A DNA stretch of 32,000 nt from assembly GCA_048882505.1 (NCBI GenBank), contig JBHLRO010000001.1, forward strand, positions 480,001-512,000. The letters run 5' to 3'. The position numbers were made by a program, and so were the translations under genes. Under the pieces are notes generated by a model. It made no database searches. It saw nothing but the letters and a program-made list of their open reading frames with translations, and was not told the DNA's origin. Within the stretch, counting starts at the first letter, position 1. Every line of letters begins with the position of its first letter. The DNA comes from Candidatus Thorarchaeota archaeon (lineage in GTDB: Archaea > Asgardarchaeota > Heimdallarchaeia > Hodarchaeales > Hodarchaeaceae). Of this stretch, positions 25,689-32,000 are shown piece by piece.

Positions 25689-26387
25689 CTAAACAGCGAT
25701 TTGCTCGATGGAGTTTACAACACGGGCACCCGAAAGACTTGGAATCGTGGCAGTACCCATTAATAGAAAGATGTAGCGGTCTTTTGCGAACTTTTTATAA
25801 CCTTTGGTAAGGTAAGAGATAGTATCTACTTCAGATTCATCCATAGCAAACCAGATGGCCACGCGTTTCTTCTTGAACCCCCCTTTCTCCGCGACCAGAT
25901 CAACGGGAGTCGCTTCGCTTACGATCGCCCGAACATTCTCTTGAACCTTGTACCCAGCCTTAGAGAATCTTGATCGCAGCGCAGCGGTCAGCAAGTAAGC
26001 TTTTATCTCCCCCGCTTTTCGTAAGTATTTTTCTCCTTCAAATTGTTGACCCAAACGATCAAATGCTCCTGCCATCTTCCGAAACACACGGAAAAGAAGT
26101 TCGTTAGGGTGGACAGCGGTGGGGGGAAGCTCGAGAGTTTCTAATTGTGTCATCGCCGCGACTAGGTGGCTCAAGGCTTCTTGATCCTGCCGTTCAAGAA
26201 TCTTTGTGTCCGCTAAACCTTCTTGAATCTCAGATTCGAGTAATAGGCGATCAGTCTGGCTGAGCGTATCAGGAGGTTGAGACTGAAGAGCTGCGAGAGC
26301 ATTGGTAAGGATCGTATGTGCTTGCTCAGTCTGCTTCGCGACTATGAGTTTCTTTGCTTCTTTTAGGGACAATTCAAAATCCATCAT
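25689..26387 (-). CDS. TPR-like helical protein fused to a degenerate PD-(D/E)xK (Mrr/RecB-like) domain
   Basis: Helical repeats such as RVFRKMAGAFDRLGQQFEGEKYLRKA. The C-terminal LRSRFSKAGYKVQENV...VDLVAEKGG...RVAIWFA has WFA where ExK is expected. Confidence 0.68.
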   Translation of the reverse strand: MMDFELSLKEAKKLIVAKQTEQAHTILTNALAALQSQPPDTLSQTDRLLLESEIQEGLADTKILERQDQEALSHLVAAMTQLETLELPPTAVHPNELLFRVFRKMAGAFDRLGQQFEGEKYLRKAGEIKAYLLTAALRSRFSKAGYKVQENVRAIVSEATPVDLVAEKGGFKKKRVAIWFAMDESEVDTISYLTKGYKKFAKDRYIFLLMGTATIPSLSGARVVNSIEQIAV

Positions 26388-26594
26388 AATTCCTCTCGGG
26401 TTATAGCGAAACCTTATCCCATTTTCGATAAATTTCTGCTATTAGGGGAATCCTAAATACTCCATTATAATCTTCTTCCGTGTAGCTGTAGGTATCGAAA
26501 ACAGATCTTGTTAACAATCGGAACTGGTAATTCCTTGGCCGCAAGAATCCAAAGTTTTACGCATTTTATATCTGTTTGATGAAAGATGGTTTCC

Positions 26595-27320
26595 TCATTC
26601 ATGGGTAACAAGGCGCGAAATTTGCGTAAGATATGTTTCGATACTATGTTTAGGTTTAAGGGCAACCAAAAGGATTCTCTCTGCATCCATGGTGTAGAGG
26701 AGGAGTGTATTAGTTCTTCCAGTCACTGCAATACTTTGTGCAGTCCCACCCATGACTTTTGTAGGTAAACTTAAAGCTGAGGAGACCGCAGCCAATTGAG
26801 CTGGGTCAACATCAAGACCAACCAAAAACTCGCTCAGTGGAGCCCCGACAGTTGTGAAGATAAGGATTGCTTCAGCTTCAGGAATAGAACGTTTTAGGCG
26901 CTCAATAAGGCTGTCTTCTATGTCGAGGGTCTTTATGATCGCGTTGATATGATCAGCCGCTTCTCGGAGCTGAGTTCGGAGCTCCGCCATTGGTGGTCGT
27001 TCTTCAAATGATGATTTAGGGACAATAATTCTTGTAATAAGGATTGTGTCTCTTGCAAGGGTTGCCACAACGATCGCATCCTCTTGAAACACAATATAAT
27101 CTAGTGTATGATCATTTAGATTCTCATCCATGAATTTTTCAGATATGGCTAATGCACTGGTAACGGCAGCGGGCAGAACATAAAGTTCATCCCCCGCAGT
27201 TGACCTCCTGGTTCGTTCAACGAGCGGAGACCCGTCTAGTGCGGCCACAATGCATTGATGGACGTGCTGATTGCTAAACAATTTATCTAGGATTTTCTCG
27301 ATTTCTGGATTATCGATCAA
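26595..27320 (-). CDS. Tandem (double) Roadblock/LC7/MglB-like domain protein
   Basis: Domain 1: CIVAALDGSPLV...LPAAVTSALAISEKF...LDYIVFQ. Domain 2: EAILIFTTVGAPL...QLAAVSSAL...QSIAVTG...LLLYTMDAERILLV. Each has the roadblock strand-strand-helix-strands layout. The RBS gaggtg precedes a TTG start. Confidence 0.8.
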   Translation of the reverse strand: MIDNPEIEKILDKLFSNQHVHQCIVAALDGSPLVERTRRSTAGDELYVLPAAVTSALAISEKFMDENLNDHTLDYIVFQEDAIVVATLARDTILITRIIVPKSSFEERPPMAELRTQLREAADHINAIIKTLDIEDSLIERLKRSIPEAEAILIFTTVGAPLSEFLVGLDVDPAQLAAVSSALSLPTKVMGGTAQSIAVTGRTNTLLLYTMDAERILLVALKPKHSIETYLTQISRLVTHE

Positions 27321-27529
27321 TGCCGAATTTCACCTCTTAATAGGATACTTTTGGGGACTCGGAAGATCTGGGCTTGTCTCGTTTAAAAACCTGACGATTT
27401 CAATATTCCGAGACCCTTTGACGAGTACTCAGAGAGTTTGGTATAACCCTAAGTGGGCCGCTCTCTCTTTCTGGGTATGATCCTATTCATACCTGGTCTA
27501 AATATATCACCAGGACAGCAAAACTTCTT

Positions 27530-28612
27530 CTAAGATGAGAATAATTCGTTTAGAAATTCCGGTTTATAATTTCCACTTCTATGGATTCCTAATGCTTCGT
27601 CTGTCTTCTTCATACATTGTCCAACATTTGTTTCCCTAGCTAAAAGGGCGCGGATGGCATCAATGGTCTCGGGGATCGGAATAGATTCCATATGAACATC
27701 GTAAATCAGATACAGATTTTTTTGAGAATCCAAATTCAACGTTTCTTCCCAAATAAAGACCTCTGGGCGATCATATCTAGGTCTACCCAAATCACGAAAA
27801 TACTCTACTAATTGCGCCGAATCGTACAATCCCTGACGGCCGGGCTCAATGAGAATACGAGGCATCTGTTGGAATAGGCTAATTACTTGCTCACGGTTTA
27901 GTTCGGATGCCATAGTCACTTTCAGCATATGAACATGGGAGAGGGTCCAGCTCCCAGCAATTGCTAATGAATAAATCCTGTCTTTCATTTGGGGCATGAC
28001 AGTTACAAGGTCGGGACCATGATGAGAAACTCCAAGGACGGGTGTTACAGCATTGATTGGACCACGGTTCGTTCGAGCTGGATCGCCGGCTCGCCTAGCA
28101 AGGGCGACAAAAGCCTCTGAAACTCCAAATTTGTGGGCTAAAGAGGCGATAATTCGTGTTAACGCGGTCGTATTACACGAGACAACCCGAGTTTCGTCTA
28201 CTCCTATGTTTTCGGCATAATTACCAAAAGTCGAAAACGATCGGTTGGTTAGCGAATGGCTTTCACCCCCGTGCACAATATACTTGACTCCATGCTTTTG
28301 GTAAAGAGGAATATTGTTACGGGGAACTCCTGAGGGAGTACAATCAACCATAATATCTACATTCTTAACCAGATCTTCGAGAAATCCCACGATTTCAAAT
28401 CCTGCATCCCGCATCTTAGGAGCGAAATCGGATACACTGCAATATATTGGATATCCACGTTCGACCGCGATTCGGAGACGAACGTCAGAGATAATATCGG
28501 CTATTCCGGTTAATTCCATATCTTTCTGAGCATAAACTGCATCTGCAACCCTTTTCCCAATAATACCATATCCAACAACCCCTACCTTGGCTTTGTCATT
28601 TGCAGGACTCAC
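27530..28612 (-). CDS. gap: Glyceraldehyde-3-phosphate dehydrogenase, archaeal type II (phosphorylating)
   Basis: KVGVVGYGIIGKRVADAV, VDCTP, catalytic RVVSCNTT, RRAGDP...GPINA...SHHGPD, DLGRPR.D, HMES..IPETIDAIRA. The likely start is GTG 28612 after gagga (the track starts at 28654). Confidence 0.95.
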   Translation of the reverse strand: MSPANDKAKVGVVGYGIIGKRVADAVYAQKDMELTGIADIISDVRLRIAVERGYPIYCSVSDFAPKMRDAGFEIVGFLEDLVKNVDIMVDCTPSGVPRNNIPLYQKHGVKYIVHGGESHSLTNRSFSTFGNYAENIGVDETRVVSCNTTALTRIIASLAHKFGVSEAFVALARRAGDPARTNRGPINAVTPVLGVSHHGPDLVTVMPQMKDRIYSLAIAGSWTLSHVHMLKVTMASELNREQVISLFQQMPRILIEPGRQGLYDSAQLVEYFRDLGRPRYDRPEVFIWEETLNLDSQKNLYLIYDVHMESIPIPETIDAIRALLARETNVGQCMKKTDEALGIHRSGNYKPEFLNELFSS

Positions 28613-28622
28613 AACGCTTTCC

Positions 28623-29060
28623 TCAGAATAAATTTGATGATTTCCTCTCTTCAATAAGTCCCTGAAGGAGTTTTTTCCCTTCCTCGGTCAGATAGAACAT
28701 CCGAATGACGGTGGGATCAGCGATTTCAGTAATACTTTGCCCCAAATAATCCAGGGTTTTCTTTACCATAGCGACGTCATGCCCAACAAGTCCTATGGCT
28801 TCCAACCACCCTAATGAAAGCAATGTTTTCTCAATTGAAAGCTTAGATTTTTCTTTGATTTTTTTGTATGTGACGCCGCGAATCCCGGTAGCCCCATGAT
28901 GGCCTCGATAAAATTCCTCAGGATTTTCCAGTGCAAGGATCACTTTCTTCTGATCGATATTCAGGTCTTTGATTGATGTCACGCTTGCCAACCACCGAAA
29001 TAGGCTATTTTTGTGAAGGTTTTCCTGCAATAAATAAGATGGAAAGTCAGGTACATCCAT
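28623..29060 (-). CDS. Winged-helix-like protein, paralog A
   Basis: YKKIKEKSKLSIEKTLLSLGWLEAIGLV...FYLTEEGKKLL fits HTH, wing and YxLTxxG. It ends 10 nt before the gap start. Confidence 0.72.
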   Translation of the reverse strand: MDVPDFPSYLLQENLHKNSLFRWLASVTSIKDLNIDQKKVILALENPEEFYRGHHGATGIRGVTYKKIKEKSKLSIEKTLLSLGWLEAIGLVGHDVAMVKKTLDYLGQSITEIADPTVIRMFYLTEEGKKLLQGLIEERKSSNLF

Positions 29061-29179
29061 TTTCCTCTCACTAATAAACTAGCATAGGGGTTTAACACAC
29101 GGGTTGTGATCTTCAATATGGGCTTATTGATATGGGTAAGTTTGATGGCCCTGATATCGCTAAGAATTTCCGAAAAATG

Positions 29180-29551
29180 TCAGCTAGAGCTATTAAGGTT
29201 CGACCCAATCGCCATACCTTTTATCATCTCCCTTCCCAAACTAGAAAGCCTAAATATCCTTACGATTTTTTGACCTGCGATCTCAACATTACTTCTGCCA
29301 TGATAATTGATAGTTTGTCTCTGGACGGCAGGTATATGCTCGATCAAACCTTTCGCTTCCAGTCCACCAAGAGAGAGTAACGTTTTTTCGAATGAAAGCT
29401 GGGATTTTTCCATGATTTTCTTATACGGCAGTCCAATGAAAATTCCATTCCCACGCTCTTCGGAAACCAAATATTCAGACGGATCAAAATAATTGAGAGC
29501 AAGGATTTCCAGAATCGTGCGCATATCATTACTTAAATTCATGTACGACAC
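29180..29551 (-). CDS. Winged-helix-like protein, paralog B
   Basis: YKKIMEKSQLSFEKTLLSLGGLEAKGLI...FRLSSLGREMI; about 37/73 identical to paralog A by hand ungapped alignment. Confidence 0.72.
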   Translation of the reverse strand: MSYMNLSNDMRTILEILALNYFDPSEYLVSEERGNGIFIGLPYKKIMEKSQLSFEKTLLSLGGLEAKGLIEHIPAVQRQTINYHGRSNVEIAGQKIVRIFRLSSLGREMIKGMAIGSNLNSSS

Positions 29552-29677
29552 TGATCCCCAGGTTTCACACTTGCTTAATTTTCCTCATAGATTTTTTTTT
29601 AAGCCTTCTTGAGTTCTTGTTTCTGGTAATGAAAAAGTAACCCCTTTCATAATCATGAAGACGGTATAAGGGGTAAC

Positions 29678-30226
29678 TTATTCAACGGAAATAACAAGCT
29701 GGTCAATGGGGATACGTTTACTAGGAATAATATTATCTTCAGCACAGTGGCCAATAGCAATTAGCGCAATAGGCCGTTCAATAAACTGTACTGGTACCTG
29801 GAGCTTAAGAATGTTGATGACTTCTTCTTCTGAAAAGGCCCCCACCCAGACAGAAGCGAGGCCCGCGTTAGTACACGCTAGCTGTAAGTAGGCTGCAAAA
29901 ATTGTAGCGTCCTGAATGGCATATAGAATACGACCCCGTTCATGATATCTTGTGCTGGAAATCGATGGGGCTGCAGACACCACAACCACTATTGGGGCTT
30001 CTGCGAGGAAACTCTGATCACCGGCCGCATGTGCTAGTTTCTCTCGTGTAAGTCTATTCTTGACCAAGATCAATCGTAGGGCTTGTAAGTTACCCGCACT
30101 AGGAGCACGTTGGCTCAATCTGATGACACCTTTAATCGTCTCATCGGGAATTTCTTTTTTTATGAAGAAAGACCGACAGGAAAAGCGTTGTTTGACTAGA
30201 GTTTCAAATTCCATTAGTATTTCCAC
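29678..30226 (-). CDS. Nitroreductase family protein
   Basis: VKQRFSCRSF, APSAGNLQ, LAEAPIVVVV, LACTNAGLASVWVGAF, PIALIAIGH. Confidence 0.93.
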   Translation of the reverse strand: MEILMEFETLVKQRFSCRSFFIKKEIPDETIKGVIRLSQRAPSAGNLQALRLILVKNRLTREKLAHAAGDQSFLAEAPIVVVVSAAPSISSTRYHERGRILYAIQDATIFAAYLQLACTNAGLASVWVGAFSEEEVINILKLQVPVQFIERPIALIAIGHCAEDNIIPSKRIPIDQLVISVE

Positions 30227-30513
30227 GAAACCTTTATTTTTCGGTTATCGGGAGGATTTCGGATCTGTTTTTCGATTTTTCCTAGTTCTGAACAGATTTC
30301 AAATGCATTTGAATGCCAAACTAAAATCGTTCGAGCGGGGTTGATACTTAGAAAGGTATCCTGGGCAGGCCATCAAGGGCCTTATTTTACCTCAACACGT
30401 CATTTCAGATATATAGGCCGATATCCATGGCTTTTGCAGATTTTACGACCAAGATATACATTATTGTAGAATCATGAAGAGGGGTGAGTTTTTATAGAAT
30501 CATCTAGATTGAT

Positions 30514-31803
30514 TTGGATAACAACTTTCGAGGAAGAAATTGGTTGGTTGAGGTGAATAAATCGCTGGCGGAGCAATTACCAAAGAAACGGTCGAACTTG
30601 CTAAGCCGCGCGAAGAGTTTCATTTTCTCAACAGCTGTTGGGGATAGCGCATCAAAATTATGTCGGCTTAACTTTCAGTTTGGATTGGCGAAAATGCATC
30701 TTGTCCAAGAGGATTTGGGGCTTCAAAGTGACGCCTCCTTTATATCGGCCCCAGATTGCACGATTTCCCGGAATGTTCATCGCTGGCGTAATGGAATTGG
30801 CTACGGAGGTAAGGTTACATGGGGAGACGGTTCACAACCTCTCGTTTTCATCGATACGATGCCCAATGCTTGTGGGATGCTAGTAGGGGCTTTAGAAGAA
30901 CCTCCTGATCCTACCAAATTAATACAAAAAATCCATGAAATGAATGATTCATCGGGCGAAGTGGAAATTGCTGGCGTACCCCTCCACTGGAATTATGGGG
31001 CTGGAAATCACTTTATTAACGTATTCGATGTAGTTCCCAATCCAGCCGTACCAACTTCTGTGGAATTTCCACCTCACGCCTTTATTACCCATTCCTCACC
31101 TAGCGAGTTAAAGAGTGATAATAATCCAAAGAATCTTGGATTCTACTATCACAAAAGTGAGCGTCTGCAAGAACTTGCAGAAGTCTTTGAGACCCCCTTT
31201 GGTGACATAAACTACCTTATCGACGATGCAGCATTAAAATATTATGAATTTTATAAATGGGCAGAGGAATTTGGCGCGAAACGTCGGGAATTGGCAGCGA
31301 GTCTCCTTTTTGAAGATGGATACCGCATTATCTCGAATCATTGCCATCAAGGAATGGTTCATCCAAATGAAATCGTCTTGGGGAGCCATGTATTCAAGCC
31401 AAATGATCCGGAATTCTATCCATTAACCTTAAGAGCCGATTTACCCTGTTATTTGATGAGAGGGATCCCTAATTTTACCGAGGAGGCCTTAGAAACCTTA
31501 AATTTTCGAGAAAGAAGCCAACATCTTGGAATAGAAGAACGTCTCCTGAATGCTAACATATTACCGCATGGGGGCGGATATACATTCCCTCATATCGTTT
31601 CAGTTCCGGAAATCTTTGAAACAGTGGAAAAACGGAGGTATTTCTCCGTTGACATGGGAACAGGGATTGGAACCTTGATATTTGAATCTCCTCGGGAGCT
31701 CCAGTTTTCTTATAGGGGCCGTAACGTTGTTATCCATACCGTAGAACTGGGATTAGGTGAAATTGTTGCACAGATGGTGCCACGGTATGCACTGAAGATC
31801 TGA
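30514..31803 (+). CDS. rtcB: Divergent RtcB-family (3'-phosphate/5'-OH, GTP-dependent) ligase-like protein
   Basis: PDC (30754), NACG (Cys 30871), GNHF (His 31009), THS (His 31090), HCHQ (His 31345), PHGGG (His 31567) and C-terminal P...LK. The order and most spacings match the RtcB metal ligands and guanylylated His. Confidence 0.8.
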   Translation: MDNNFRGRNWLVEVNKSLAEQLPKKRSNLLSRAKSFIFSTAVGDSASKLCRLNFQFGLAKMHLVQEDLGLQSDASFISAPDCTISRNVHRWRNGIGYGGKVTWGDGSQPLVFIDTMPNACGMLVGALEEPPDPTKLIQKIHEMNDSSGEVEIAGVPLHWNYGAGNHFINVFDVVPNPAVPTSVEFPPHAFITHSSPSELKSDNNPKNLGFYYHKSERLQELAEVFETPFGDINYLIDDAALKYYEFYKWAEEFGAKRRELAASLLFEDGYRIISNHCHQGMVHPNEIVLGSHVFKPNDPEFYPLTLRADLPCYLMRGIPNFTEEALETLNFRERSQHLGIEERLLNANILPHGGGYTFPHIVSVPEIFETVEKRRYFSVDMGTGIGTLIFESPRELQFSYRGRNVVIHTVELGLGEIVAQMVPRYALKI

Positions 31804-31948
31804 GGAACATTTTCGGACATATTATTGATGTAAATTGGAAATCTGAACATAAATTCCATGTAAACTCCTAGAAAGAACACAGAGGATTTTATTCGGGACA
31901 ATATCTGAGCCCTGTTAAGAAATCCAACCTACTGTTTTCTCCACGCAA

Positions 31949-31999
31949 TTATCGAGAAATGTAATCATCATACTCCCGAAACTTGGTCACAACAGATCT
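31949..31999 (-). CDS. Possible 3' end of a gene entering from the right edge (…RSVVTKFREYDDYISR*)
   Basis: This is the longest minus-strand frame open from the window end (TAA at 31951-31949); the other two stop sooner. It is too short to assign. Confidence 0.25.
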   Translation of the reverse strand, partial: RSVVTKFREYDDYISR

Positions 32000-32000
32000 T

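Noticed and set aside
26465-26602. 45-aa ORF (MNEETIFHQ...) whose ATG overlaps the roadblock gene end and fills the gap to the TPR gene
   Set aside because: The coupling is suggestive, but there is no motif and it is too short to support without conservation or ribosome-profiling data.
27530-28654. Idea that this GAPDH is a non-canonical enzyme
   Set aside because: The nucleotide-binding, SCNT catalytic and HHGPD motifs are intact; it is an ordinary archaeal type II GAPDH.
31710-31901. 63-aa minus-strand ORF overlapping the RtcB-like 3' end
   Set aside because: It overlaps a supported CDS by about 90 nt and has no recognisable features.
1-32000. rRNA, tRNA, CRISPR array, transposase or integrase
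   Set aside because: None was recognised by eye. Dedicated scans (tRNAscan-SE, Infernal, CRISPR finders) would be needed to exclude small or divergent elements.

Overview
The window is gene-dense and most likely archaeal. The likely source is an Asgard archaeon (inference from a Rab-like GTPase without a prenylation tail, a tandem roadblock protein, an archaeal-type GAPDH and MIPS, a PolB tail, GGAGG/GAGGTG ribosome-binding sites and oligo-T terminators). In order it holds: the 3' end of a family-B DNA polymerase; a ~1960-aa membrane-anchored alpha-2-macroglobulin/complement-like thioester protein with an intact GCTEQ motif; two divergently transcribed orphan DNA methyltransferases (an NPPW N6-adenine type and an SPPY N4-cytosine type); an RHH regulator and a small hypothetical gene; FabK/NMO-like oxidoreductase, Tag glycosylase, membrane protein and VOC genes; an AT-rich island with two exported proteins and a FtsX/MacB-type ABC system; a Pro/Ser-rich protein with a WH2-like C-terminus; a MIPS homologue with altered active-site motifs and acylphosphatase; a signalling-like cluster (RING-like Zn protein, Rab-like GTPase, TPR plus degenerate nuclease-fold protein, double roadblock protein); gap with two tandem paralogous winged-helix genes; a nitroreductase; and a divergent RtcB-family ligase. 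No rRNA, tRNA, CRISPR array or transposase was recognised. The best candidates for undescribed biology are the thioester protein, the Rab/roadblock cluster, the divergent RtcB and the WH2-like protein. All calls come from reading motifs by eye; no searches were run.
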